A stretch of DNA of 64,000 bases from Bacilli bacterium (GTDB lineage: Bacteria > Bacillota_I > Bacilli_A > RFN20 > UBA1709): the NCBI GenBank assembly GCA_050949315.1, contig JBMNFL010000001.1:896001-960000 (forward strand). Reading direction: 5' to 3'. Shown here piece by piece: positions 7,906-17,416 of the stretch. Position 1 is the stretch's first letter. Each line of letters starts with the position of its first letter. Under the pieces are notes generated by a model that searched no databases, was not told the origin of the DNA, and saw nothing but the letters and a program-made list of their open reading frames with translations. Position numbers and translations under genes: made by a program.

Positions 7906-9600
7906 ATGGCAAAGGCAAAGACCAATTATGAGAAACGCTTTTATCAACGCATCTTAAAAGCTATCAATAGAGAAGACGCCAAAGGTTTTTATAAAGAATT
8001 TAATAATGCGATTAAAAGTGGCAAAATGACCATTAGCCAGATGCGGACCAAGAGTCAGCTTTCTTTTGATGCGACTTGGATCAATGTTATTACCAGTTAC
8101 TTACCATATCTAGAGAAGATTGTTCGCAATCCTAGGATCTATATGGAAGCCATCGAGATGGTAACACCAATTCAATCAGCCAAGAAAATCACCGCTCGTT
8201 CCGTTCAGCATCTTTCAGCCAATGTGCAAAATGTTCAAGAGATTCGTAGTGATGGAACCATCGTTCCTTCTAAGGTGTTATCCACCATCTACGAAGACAC
8301 GATGAATATCTATGAAAACCGCTTTATTATGACACTTATTTCTAAACTGGCGGCTTTTGTGGAAGTGCGTTATGAGCAAATTGCTGAAAAAACGGAGTCC
8401 TATCAAACCGATTATTTAAGAGTTCAAGATGTCTTTAAGTGGCGAAACTATGATATTGAAGCCAATATTGATTTAAAGGTTAAAGAACAGGTTGAGGATG
8501 AAGAAAGTCAAAAGAATTTAGAACTCGTCGAGGATATCAGAACCATCCGTAGTTATGTACGGGGTTTTATGCAGTCGGCTTTCTATCAAACCATGAAGGA
8601 AAGTCGGGCGCGAGCCGTTAATCCGCCGATTCTAAGGACCAATATCATTGTTAAGTCAGTTGAATATAATAGTTGTTTAAAATTATGGCAGTTCTTAGAT
8701 TCCTATCGCCAACTTGGGGTCAGTGTTGGTGTCTTTGATAAGGAACTGGATTTTGATGAAGACTTTGTCAATAAGGTCAGCGATATGTTAATGCTGAATT
8801 ATTCTTTAATCACCGAGAATCAAGCTGATCGTGAAGACACTTATAATCTTTTGCCCTATAAAAAGCGTAGAGAAAAAGAAATACGCTTTAGTAAGACCGA
8901 ATTAGTTGTTGAGGAAATGCTGGATGAGGATGCCGATATTAAAGCCGTTCCCCCTACTATTTCCGAATACTACTATCAAAGGATGAAGCAGATTTCAAAG
9001 ACCAACTTCACTAGACAAGTGAATTCCGGTATTTCTTATAATCGTTCCTTTTTAAATATTTATAAGAAAATGTTAAAAATTGAAAATGGTGTGCAAAAAG
9101 AAATTCTACAAGGTCTTGAAAAAAGATTACGTAAAAGATATCCAACTAAGATAAAATCCGCCGCCAAGGTCACTTTTTTGAAAAGAGTTCGCTCAATTTA
9201 TAAATCGGTGATTTTAATTAAGAAAGCCGACTTAGAAAGCGCGGAGGCGAAGTTAAGAAAAGCCGAAGCCGATCTTGAGAAAAACATGGCTTTAATTAAA
9301 CCTGAAACCAAAGCTTTCCGCAAGAAAGAGCGGGAAAAAGCGGCGCGCCGGGCTAGAAAGAAAGCTCGGGCCAAGGGCTTACCAGTACCGAAGATGAAAG
9401 ATTTAATTAAAGAGGAAGAAGAAGAGCCAATCATTGATCTTCCCGAAGTTGACGATGAAGATCTTTCTGAAAGCGAATTATTAGCTAGTGAGGATGAAGT
9501 CGTTAAAAAGCCCGTAAAAAAGGCGGTAAAGAAAGGCGAACCGGAGCCGATTGATGTCGTCATTGTTAAAGCTAATGAGGATGAAGAGGATGAAGAGTAA
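7906..9600 (+). CDS. DUF2357 (McrC-like N-terminal domain) protein with coiled-coil and basic/acidic tail; no evident nuclease domain
   Basis: KKITARSVQHL, PSKVL...NIYENRF and RTNII...YNSCLKLW motifs. Follows the McrB-like gene. C-terminus is low-complexity K/R-rich then E/D-rich. Confidence 0.75.
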   Translation: MAKAKTNYEKRFYQRILKAINREDAKGFYKEFNNAIKSGKMTISQMRTKSQLSFDATWINVITSYLPYLEKIVRNPRIYMEAIEMVTPIQSAKKITARSVQHLSANVQNVQEIRSDGTIVPSKVLSTIYEDTMNIYENRFIMTLISKLAAFVEVRYEQIAEKTESYQTDYLRVQDVFKWRNYDIEANIDLKVKEQVEDEESQKNLELVEDIRTIRSYVRGFMQSAFYQTMKESRARAVNPPILRTNIIVKSVEYNSCLKLWQFLDSYRQLGVSVGVFDKELDFDEDFVNKVSDMLMLNYSLITENQADREDTYNLLPYKKRREKEIRFSKTELVVEEMLDEDADIKAVPPTISEYYYQRMKQISKTNFTRQVNSGISYNRSFLNIYKKMLKIENGVQKEILQGLEKRLRKRYPTKIKSAAKVTFLKRVRSIYKSVILIKKADLESAEAKLRKAEADLEKNMALIKPETKAFRKKEREKAARRARKKARAKGLPVPKMKDLIKEEEEEPIIDLPEVDDEDLSESELLASEDEVVKKPVKKAVKKGEPEPIDVVIVKANEDEEDEE

Positions 9601-10201
9601 GAAGGGCAAGTATCTCAAAAGAATCGCTTTAGTTCTTCTTGAATTACTCATCCTTTATATTGTTATTAAAGTCGTTATTGGGGTGGCGACAAATAGTCCA
9701 GTAAATGTCTTTAATCACTATGTCTTCGTTGTTAAGACGGAGTCGATGCAAGACTTTATTAACCCGGGGGATATCGTTTTTATCCAAAAGTGTCAGATTG
9801 ATAAGGCGCAAATAGGCGATGTCATCTCCTTTACTTGTATTAACCCCACTCAAACTATTTATGGTAGTAACATCATCCATCGCGTAGTTGATAGAGAAGT
9901 TGTTGATGGCCTTATAAGACTAACAACTAAAGGCGATGCCAATGTTATTATTGATGAATACCAAGTTACTGGGGCCAACTTTGTCGGCCGAGTTACCCTA
10001 GTATCCCCCTTCCTAGGCCGCGTCTTTAATCTATTTGTCAGTACTTACCTTTCTTTATATCTAATTGTTCTTGTTCTACTTTTATTTGTTATTGTCAGTG
10101 TGATTAAACGTATGATCAAGTTAGTAAAAGAAGAGCATAGACAAAAGGAAAAAGAGAAAATCAAAGAAGAAATTCTAGCCGAAAAAAGAAGAGGAGAATA
10201 G
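9590..10201 (+). CDS. sipW: Second SipW-type signal peptidase I
   Basis: VKTESM (Ser), GDIVF, GDVISF, IIHRVV (His), TKGDAN, two TMs. Overlaps the DUF2357 stop. Confidence 0.87.
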   Translation: MKSKKGKYLKRIALVLLELLILYIVIKVVIGVATNSPVNVFNHYVFVVKTESMQDFINPGDIVFIQKCQIDKAQIGDVISFTCINPTQTIYGSNIIHRVVDREVVDGLIRLTTKGDANVIIDEYQVTGANFVGRVTLVSPFLGRVFNLFVSTYLSLYLIVLVLLLFVIVSVIKRMIKLVKEEHRQKEKEKIKEEILAEKRRGE

Positions 10202-10204
10202 AGC

Positions 10205-12748
10205 ATGAAAAAAAGGAGCATCTTTATCTTTCTAGCAGTTTCCATTATTCTTTCCTTATTCATCAGCATAATTTATATCGTTAAAGCCTCTTCAATTGTT
10301 GAAGCTAAAGCCCACAGCAACGTGCATAGTGTGGCTACAGAAACCGCGGCTTACTTAGATAACAATGTGCAGAATACTCATGATGATATTGCTTTTTATA
10401 TTGAAAATTCTACGAAAGAAAAAGGTGAACTGGTCAGTGAGCTCTATTCTAAATATAGTAGTCGTTTTATCGGCTTTGGTTATTGTGAGGGCATAAGCGG
10501 CGAAGATCCTAAACTCGTTTCTTATGCGGGCAAGGATGATTATGAGTTATTTGCTTTTAACTTTTCCCATTCGGAGCGCTTTTTCGCCCAGCAATGTGCC
10601 ATAACTAATTTATCAAGATTCTTTGATAATCTAACGGATGAGCAAAATGAAGTGGTCATCTTCTATCATTTTGACGATTATTTTGCCTTTCAGCCCTTTT
10701 CGGCTTATGAGACGATGTTGAGCAGTGCTTATCCTGAGGGCACTAGATATCTTGTTAGCACAGGGGATGGCTTAATCTTAGCCAATTCTTTCAGTGACGA
10801 TATGTCGATGAGCAGCATTTTTAGAATGTCAGTTGATCCCTTCCCTGGTTTTGTTGAGGATATCTTAGCAGGTGAGGGTCAATCTAAAATAATGAAACTC
10901 AATAAAGGCTTATCACATTTAGTTACTGTTTCCACTTGTTTAGAAGATTTTAATGATGATGGTGTTTATATCTTTGTCATCGTCGATAATATTTATATCA
11001 CTAATTTCTTGAATTCACTGCTTATCATCACCGCGATTTACAATGCCTTCTTTATTGTGATCAATGTTGGGATGGCGCTAACCATGTATTTTACTAAGCG
11101 CAGCAGTCGGGACTTAATTATTCCCTTTTCCTATGAAGATCATTATGTTTTACTGGTCGGTGAAGATGGTAAGATTATAAGTAAAAACAAGCGTTTTAGC
11201 AAATCAAAGTATAATTGTGGCAATCTACTAAGAACAGGGGTTGTTGAACTTAAGGAGCAAACAACTGAAGAATTAAAGAACTTATTAGAAACAGCTTCTT
11301 CTTTGACTTTGCGTTATGTCTTTGATGATAAGATTGAAGATATCAATTTCTTGATTTTAAATTCAAAGATCGGCTATCAATTAATTGCCGAAGCCTATGA
11401 TGATGCTTATATAGCTCGTGATAGGAAGGGTAGCAGAAGAGGGGTTAGTATTGATTATGCTTATCAAGATGATTTTTACGATATTTTAAATAGAAAAGCG
11501 CTATTAGAACGTTTGAAGGATACAATTGCCAACAAGAAGAAATATTTAAATGTTTATCTTGTTTGTTGCTCCTTGAAAAATCACGATGAAATTACGCGTT
11601 TATATGGTCAGCATATTCACGAGATGATTAATACAGAAGTTATTAATCGCTTGAAGAAGTCTTTAGATGGTAATGAGATCTACTCTATCAATGACAATTT
11701 CTGTGCTTTCTTTGTTCATTTAAAGGATAACTTCAATGATTTAAGAAGACAGATGGAAGTTATTAATAAAGAGCAAAGACATCCTATCAGTATCTATTCC
11801 AGTGATTCAATAGTTGAGCCCTATTTCGGTATTTATCCTCTTTCTTTAATTGAGGCCAATGAAGATCCAACGCCAAGAGGTATTATCAATAAGGCGATAA
11901 TTGCCTATAACCGGGCTAAACAGAGTAAGGATCAAAACTATTATTTATACGATATCAGTTCCGAGTCTTTGCTCGAACGTGAGCAAATAGTAGCGGATGA
12001 TATTAAAAAAGGTATTGAAAACAATGAGTTTGAGACCCACTTCCAACCAGTTTACAATTTAAAAGAAGATCGGGTATCGGGCTTTGAATGTCTGTTAAGA
12101 TGGAATAATGACAAATACCGTTTTGAGTCGCCGTATGAATATATCAAAGTTGCCGAGCATGCGGGCTATATCCACGATATTGGTATTTTTACTTTCCGCA
12201 AGGCCTTGGAGTTACTTAAAGAGTTAAATAGAGATGATATTCGAGTATCGGTTAACGTTTCGCTTGCTCAATTTATGCAGGCTGGCTTTACCACGGATGT
12301 TATTAATCTTTTTAAGGAATATGATGTTCCTTATTCCAGTGTGGCGATGGAAATCACTGAGACTTTCTTTGCCGAGTCTATTCAAGAAATTACTGATAAA
12401 TTAGAATATATTCGTTCCTTTGGCATTAAAATTTATCTAGATGACTTTGGGACGGGCTACTCATCTTTGCTTTATTTAGCAGAGTTCCCAGTGGATGTTA
12501 TTAAGATTGATAAAGAATTTACCAATCAAATTAAAGCTAATGAAAGTGTAAGAACAATTATGTCTTATTTAATTGGTATGGCTAATGCCATAGGTTTAGA
12601 TGTGGTGGCTGAGGGTGTAGAAACCGACTATCAGCTCAAGTTCTATGAACGCCAGAAATGCAATTATATACAAGGCTTTTATTTCTCTAAACCGCTACCA
12701 GTGTCTGAGGTCCAAAAGGCCTTAGAAATCAAAAGGAGTGATGTCTAA
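10205..12748 (+). CDS. Membrane sensor GGDEF(degenerate)-EAL protein; probable c-di-GMP phosphodiesterase
   Basis: Two TMs around an extracellular domain. ILNRKAL, but the GGDEF site reads SINDNF. EAL motifs are intact: FQP, ECLLRW, EITE, DDFGTGYSS, KID, EGVE, QG. Confidence 0.88.
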   Translation: MKKRSIFIFLAVSIILSLFISIIYIVKASSIVEAKAHSNVHSVATETAAYLDNNVQNTHDDIAFYIENSTKEKGELVSELYSKYSSRFIGFGYCEGISGEDPKLVSYAGKDDYELFAFNFSHSERFFAQQCAITNLSRFFDNLTDEQNEVVIFYHFDDYFAFQPFSAYETMLSSAYPEGTRYLVSTGDGLILANSFSDDMSMSSIFRMSVDPFPGFVEDILAGEGQSKIMKLNKGLSHLVTVSTCLEDFNDDGVYIFVIVDNIYITNFLNSLLIITAIYNAFFIVINVGMALTMYFTKRSSRDLIIPFSYEDHYVLLVGEDGKIISKNKRFSKSKYNCGNLLRTGVVELKEQTTEELKNLLETASSLTLRYVFDDKIEDINFLILNSKIGYQLIAEAYDDAYIARDRKGSRRGVSIDYAYQDDFYDILNRKALLERLKDTIANKKKYLNVYLVCCSLKNHDEITRLYGQHIHEMINTEVINRLKKSLDGNEIYSINDNFCAFFVHLKDNFNDLRRQMEVINKEQRHPISIYSSDSIVEPYFGIYPLSLIEANEDPTPRGIINKAIIAYNRAKQSKDQNYYLYDISSESLLEREQIVADDIKKGIENNEFETHFQPVYNLKEDRVSGFECLLRWNNDKYRFESPYEYIKVAEHAGYIHDIGIFTFRKALELLKELNRDDIRVSVNVSLAQFMQAGFTTDVINLFKEYDVPYSSVAMEITETFFAESIQEITDKLEYIRSFGIKIYLDDFGTGYSSLLYLAEFPVDVIKIDKEFTNQIKANESVRTIMSYLIGMANAIGLDVVAEGVETDYQLKFYERQKCNYIQGFYFSKPLPVSEVQKALEIKRSDV

Positions 12749-14211
12749 TGATATTAGCAAGAACAGCAAGTACTAGTGATCCAGTCTTTACGGGTTTGAT
12801 CATTATTGTGATAATTGGCCTAAGTGTTTTACTACTTTGGTCCATTATCCGCGAAATGAAAAAAAGAAAAAAAGAACGGGAACAACCAAAAAAGACCCCA
12901 GGTTTAATGTCCTTATCCCATTTGACGGAGTCTTTAAACGAATTTGTTCGGGTTTATCACCTTTCTAAGAAGGCGACAATTTTTGTCTTTTCCTTTGCTA
13001 ATGCCAATGAACTAGCCGAGTCGTTTGGTCGTCGAACCGAGATGATTTTAAAAGATAAGGTTCTCCAGAATGTGATAAAAATTCTCCCTAGAAACGCGGT
13101 TTTAGCTGAATACAGGAACGAAAGCGATAGTTACGCTTTACTATTAAGAGGCGATTTTCCTGAAGACAAACTCTTAAGTTTTGCTAACTACCTAGTCAGC
13201 GTTATTGAAACTCCTGTTGCGGTTCCTAACCTTGAGATTGAAATTTCCTATTCAGCTTATTTAGGTATTGTCTATTATCCAACTCATGCCATTTCGGTTA
13301 CTGATTTGTTAAACAAGGCCGATGTCGCTCTTTATATGAACCAGAAGAGCCCTAACACCAAATACACGGTTTATTCTTCCTCTTTCGCGGTTACCGAAGA
13401 AGAGAATCTTGTTTACTATAACCAAATCAAAGCCGCCATTAAAAACAAAGAATTTGAACTTTATTATCAACCAATTTGTGAATGTAAAACCCAAAACATT
13501 GTTGGTTTTGAAGCCTTGATTCGCTGGAAACATCCAGAATTAGGCATATTAAATCCAGCCAAATTCCTTTCTGTTTTAGAGAATTCTGGGGATATAAACT
13601 GGATTGGCAAATGGAGCATGCATGTTATCTGTGCTTACTATAATGAACAGCGCGCTCTTTTCAAAGAACATAATGTTTTCTTCTCAGTAAACCTTTCAGT
13701 TAAGCAATTGCTCAATGAGAACTTGGTCAATGATTTTGCCGCTATTCTCAATCAATATCATGTGCCTACTGACGCAATTTGTTTTGAAATTGAAGAATAT
13801 GCCCTTTATGAACGTTATCCTGTCATTCAAACAACGATTCGAGAATTAGGAGAGAAAGGTTTCAAACTCGCTATTGATCACTTTGGTTTAGATTCTAATA
13901 ACATCAAGAAATTAGAATCACAAGAACCCTATATGATTAAACTTGTAGCAAAAGACACCTTGGAAGCCCAAGACTCCTTTGTTGGGTCGCGTGTTTTCGA
14001 GATTTTAATTGATACCTGTAAAAAGCGAAATATTAAAATTTCCTCTTTAATGGTTGAAAATCAAGATGATATCAAAAAACTTGAAGAAAGCGGTTTTGAT
14101 TATCAGCAAGGCTATTTTATTGCTGAGCCGATGAGTGCTAAAGACAATGCTGAATTCTTTTCCGCCAGCTTTCGCCTAAAAGAAGATGAAAGCAAGAAAA
14201 AGGAAGAATAA
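12748..14211 (+). CDS. Single-TM GGDEF(degenerate)-EAL(degenerate) protein; probable c-di-GMP receptor
   Basis: YQP and EALIRW are present, but DDFGTGYSS reads DHFGLDSNN, KID reads KLV and EGVE reads LMVE. The GGDEF site reads NESDSY. Confidence 0.8.
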   Translation: MILARTASTSDPVFTGLIIIVIIGLSVLLLWSIIREMKKRKKEREQPKKTPGLMSLSHLTESLNEFVRVYHLSKKATIFVFSFANANELAESFGRRTEMILKDKVLQNVIKILPRNAVLAEYRNESDSYALLLRGDFPEDKLLSFANYLVSVIETPVAVPNLEIEISYSAYLGIVYYPTHAISVTDLLNKADVALYMNQKSPNTKYTVYSSSFAVTEEENLVYYNQIKAAIKNKEFELYYQPICECKTQNIVGFEALIRWKHPELGILNPAKFLSVLENSGDINWIGKWSMHVICAYYNEQRALFKEHNVFFSVNLSVKQLLNENLVNDFAAILNQYHVPTDAICFEIEEYALYERYPVIQTTIRELGEKGFKLAIDHFGLDSNNIKKLESQEPYMIKLVAKDTLEAQDSFVGSRVFEILIDTCKKRNIKISSLMVENQDDIKKLEESGFDYQQGYFIAEPMSAKDNAEFFSASFRLKEDESKKKEE

Positions 14212-14254
14212 AAAGAAAAAAGGCAAAAAATGCTGACTTTTTCCAAAAATTAAG

Positions 14255-14283
14255 TTGCAACCAAGAAATATTCGTTCTATAAT
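14255..14283 (+). promoter_or_regulatory. Sigma-A promoter of the cold-shock gene
   Basis: TTGCAA-17 nt-TATAAT. Confidence 0.65.
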
Positions 14284-14337
14284 AACTTTGCATTTAGAAA
14301 TAGATGCATAGTCTAAAAATGACGGAAGGAAGTAAAA

Positions 14338-14535
14338 ATGAAGGGCGCAATTAAGATGTTTAGTAAAGAAAAGGGCTTCGGCTTTATTCGCACCGAAGAG
14401 GGCAAGGATGTCTTTTTCCACTACTCCGAACTACAAATGGAAGGCTTTAAGACCGCTGAAGTTGGCGAAGAGGTTGAATTTGATGTTCAAGAATCGGACA
14501 GAGGTCCTAGAGCTGCTAATATTCGCAAGTTATAG
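14338..14535 (+). CDS. csp: Cold-shock protein
   Basis: KGFGFI (RNP1), DVFFHYS (RNP2), GPRAAN. Confidence 0.95.
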   Translation: MKGAIKMFSKEKGFGFIRTEEGKDVFFHYSELQMEGFKTAEVGEEVEFDVQESDRGPRAANIRKL

Positions 14536-14545
14536 TAGCTAGTGA

Positions 14546-14569
14546 GAAAACCACGAAAGTGGTTTTTTT
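14546..14569 (+). terminator. Intrinsic terminator
   Basis: AAAACCAC-GAAA-GTGGTTTT followed by T-tract. Confidence 0.8.
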
Positions 14570-14615
14570 GTTTCTCATAAAGTAGTATAATACCTAAGAG
14601 GTTAGGAGGGGTTCT

Positions 14616-15719
14616 ATGCCATTAACAGCGGGAATAGTTGGTTTGCCAAATGTTGGAAAATCCACCCTTTTTAATGCCATTACTTCTTCAAGTGTTATCG
14701 CTGAAAACTATCCTTTTGCTACTATTACGCCTAATACGGGGATCGTTGAAGTTAAAGATTATCGTCTAAACTTTTTGACTAAACTTTTTAAATCGGCGAA
14801 GACGATAGCCGCCACTTTTGAATTTCGGGATATTGCTGGCTTAGTAAAAGGGGCTTCTAAGGGTGAGGGGTTAGGCAATCAGTTTTTAGCTAATATTCGC
14901 GAGACTGATGCCATTTGTCATGTGGTTCGTTGTTTTGAAAATGCGGCCATTATTCATGTTGATGGCAGCATTGATCCTCTTAGAGATGTAGAGACAATTG
15001 ATATTGAGTTAATTATGGCGGATTTAGAAAGTGTTGAGAAACGTTTGAGTCGGATTGAAACTAAGGCCCGCCTTCAAAAAGAGGGAGAGGCGCTTATTGA
15101 ATATAACCTTTTAAGTAAGATAAAAGAGAAACTATTAAAAATGCAACCAGCTCGCAGTCTACCTTTTAGCGAAGCGGAGGCAAGTCTGATGCGCTCCTTT
15201 CAACTCTTAACCGCAAAACCTGTTATTTTGATTGCTAACCTAGGGGAAGAAGATATTGTTAATCCTAAGGCCAATAAATATTATCAAGTTTTAGAAAGTG
15301 TCGCTCAGAAAGAAGGGGCTGAATTAGTAGCTATCTGTGCCCAAGTAGAAGCGGATATAGTTTCTCTTAGTCCAGAAGATAAGGATACGTTTTTAAAAGA
15401 ACTTGGCTTGCAAGAGAGCGGCCTTGATAAACTCACGCATGCTGCTTATAGTCTATTGGGTTTAAAGACTTTCTTTACCGTTGGGTCAAAAGAGAGTAGG
15501 GCCTGGACTTTTAAAAGTGGAAGTAAGGCTCCTGTTTGCGCAGGCATTGTCCATTCAGATTTTGAACGTGGTTTTATTAAAGCCGAGATTTATAGTTTTG
15601 AAGATTTAGTAAAATACGGCAGTGAGCAAGCCGTTAAAGATAAAGGACGATTAAGAATAGAAGGGAAGGATTATATCGTTCAAGATGGCGATATTGTCCA
15701 TTTTAGGTTTAATGTGTAA
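14616..15719 (+). CDS. ychF: Ribosome-binding ATPase YchF
   Basis: GIVGLPNVGKSTLFNA, DIAGLVKGASKGEGLGNQFL, C-terminal FRFNV. Confidence 0.97.
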   Translation: MPLTAGIVGLPNVGKSTLFNAITSSSVIAENYPFATITPNTGIVEVKDYRLNFLTKLFKSAKTIAATFEFRDIAGLVKGASKGEGLGNQFLANIRETDAICHVVRCFENAAIIHVDGSIDPLRDVETIDIELIMADLESVEKRLSRIETKARLQKEGEALIEYNLLSKIKEKLLKMQPARSLPFSEAEASLMRSFQLLTAKPVILIANLGEEDIVNPKANKYYQVLESVAQKEGAELVAICAQVEADIVSLSPEDKDTFLKELGLQESGLDKLTHAAYSLLGLKTFFTVGSKESRAWTFKSGSKAPVCAGIVHSDFERGFIKAEIYSFEDLVKYGSEQAVKDKGRLRIEGKDYIVQDGDIVHFRFNV

Positions 15720-16609
15720 TGAAAAGAAAAGTAGGTTTAGTTTTAGGTGGAGGCGGCGCTAAAGGCGCCTATCAAGTCGGCGTTTATAAGGCTTTACGCG
15801 ATCATGGGCTTATCGATGAAATAAAGGCTATTTCTGGCACTTCAATCGGTGCGCTAAACTTAGCCCTTTTAGCCTTGCAAGAAGTTGATCAAGCTGCGGA
15901 GATTTGGCTCAGCCTTACCAAGAGAAAAGTTTTGACTCTTAAGCATTGGAAAGAGTATTTAGATTTCAAGAATTTTAGTGTTCTTTCGCGTAAGGGAATG
16001 CTAGAAATTTTTAGTAGTGAAATTGATTTTAAACGCGTCAGTGATTGTAAGATTCCACTTTATGTCTGTGCCACTAATCTTAGAGATAATGTTGGTGAAA
16101 CCTTTAAATTAAATGGGCTCAGTGAAGAAGAGATTATTGATCGTCTTTCCGCTTCTAGCGCTATCCCCACCGTTTTCCCCAACGTTGAGATCAATGGCAT
16201 CCGTTATATGGATGGCTATCTGTATGATAATGTGCCGATTAATAGTCTAGTGGTAAATGAAGGTTGCAATTTTTTATATGTTGTTCCCTTAAGCGCCTTT
16301 CATTTTCCTAAGCCTGAAGATTACCCTAATCAAACTCTAATTGTCTTTGATGAACCGGCTTTTGATGACTTAAAACTCTGGGATGGGACTTTGAGTTTTG
16401 GCCATGCTGTTGCTAAGTACCGCTTAGAATTAGGTTATGACAATGCGATGCGTCTTATTAATTATTTAAGACAAAAAGGGCTTATTTATAAGACTAGAAA
16501 AGAGAAGGTTAGACGCCTATTTTCTGTCCTTACCAGGCGAACAAAAAAGCTTAAAAAATATTATTCTGTCAGTGGTTTAGATCCCGTGATTAAAGAGGAA
16601 AAAGAATAG
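15719..16609 (+). CDS. Patatin-like phospholipase
   Basis: GGGGAKG, GTSIG (GxSxG), DGY (DGx). Confidence 0.9.
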   Translation: MKRKVGLVLGGGGAKGAYQVGVYKALRDHGLIDEIKAISGTSIGALNLALLALQEVDQAAEIWLSLTKRKVLTLKHWKEYLDFKNFSVLSRKGMLEIFSSEIDFKRVSDCKIPLYVCATNLRDNVGETFKLNGLSEEEIIDRLSASSAIPTVFPNVEINGIRYMDGYLYDNVPINSLVVNEGCNFLYVVPLSAFHFPKPEDYPNQTLIVFDEPAFDDLKLWDGTLSFGHAVAKYRLELGYDNAMRLINYLRQKGLIYKTRKEKVRRLFSVLTRRTKKLKKYYSVSGLDPVIKEEKE

Positions 16610-17416
16610 ATGGATTGGATAGAATTTTTAAAATACATCCTATTAGGAATTGTACAAGGAGCCTGTGAAATTTTACCGATTTCTTCTAGTGGGCATTTGG
16701 TTTTAGCATATGCCCTTTTGGGCTTTGAAGAAGTTAATTTAGCCTTCTCAGTTTTCTTACATTTTGCTTCTTTAATTGCGGCTTTAATCTTTTTAAGAAA
16801 ACAAGTTTGGCGTATTTTAAAAGGCAGCGCACTTTACCTTTTTAAAAAGGATCAAGAACAGAAAAACAATTTTCACTATCTTTTACTTTTAATTATAAGT
16901 ACAGCTGTCACGGCTGTTATCGGCCTTATATTTAAAGATCAAATGGCCAAACTTAGTTCAGTTGCTTTTGTTGGTATAGCCTTGATAATAAACGGATTTT
17001 GGATTTTAATTTTCGATCATTTAAAGGGGGAAAGAAGAATAGATGATCTTCCCTTGTGGAAAGCTTTAATAATTGGCCTTGGGCAGGGGGTAGGCGTTTT
17101 ACCAGGCATCTCTCGCAGTGGAGCAACTATAGGCACATCTATCTGTGTTGGACTCAAAAAAGAAGATGCCGCCGAATACGCTTTCTTACTATTTCTTCCT
17201 ATAACTTTAGGAGCCACTATTTTAGAGGTTCAAGATTTATTGACCGTTGATAAAAATTTAATTCCGGCGTATATTGCAGGTTTTGTTTTAGCTTTCTTAA
17301 CCACCTATTTGGCCTTGGTTTTCTTCTTAAAAATTATTCGTAAACGCCGTTTATTACCTTTCGCTATTTATTGTTTTATTGTGGGCTTAACGGCGACTCT
17401 GGTGGCTTTTTTATAA
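16610..17416 (+). CDS. uppP: Undecaprenyl-diphosphate phosphatase
   Basis: QGACEILPISSSGH, PGISRSGAT, multiple TMs. Confidence 0.95.
   Translation: MDWIEFLKYILLGIVQGACEILPISSSGHLVLAYALLGFEEVNLAFSVFLHFASLIAALIFLRKQVWRILKGSALYLFKKDQEQKNNFHYLLLLIISTAVTAVIGLIFKDQMAKLSSVAFVGIALIINGFWILIFDHLKGERRIDDLPLWKALIIGLGQGVGVLPGISRSGATIGTSICVGLKKEDAAEYAFLLFLPITLGATILEVQDLLTVDKNLIPAYIAGFVLAFLTTYLALVFFLKIIRKRRLLPFAIYCFIVGLTATLVAFL

Noticed and set aside
6271-9600. Calling the McrB/DUF2357 pair a standard McrBC restriction system
   Set aside because: No DNA-recognition or nuclease domain is evident. The TM anchor and sipW/EAL operon context argue against it, though it is not formally excluded.
14289-14310. 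Hairpin in the csp 5' UTR as a novel RNA
   Set aside because: Structured 5' UTRs are expected for cold-shock genes; nothing distinctive.
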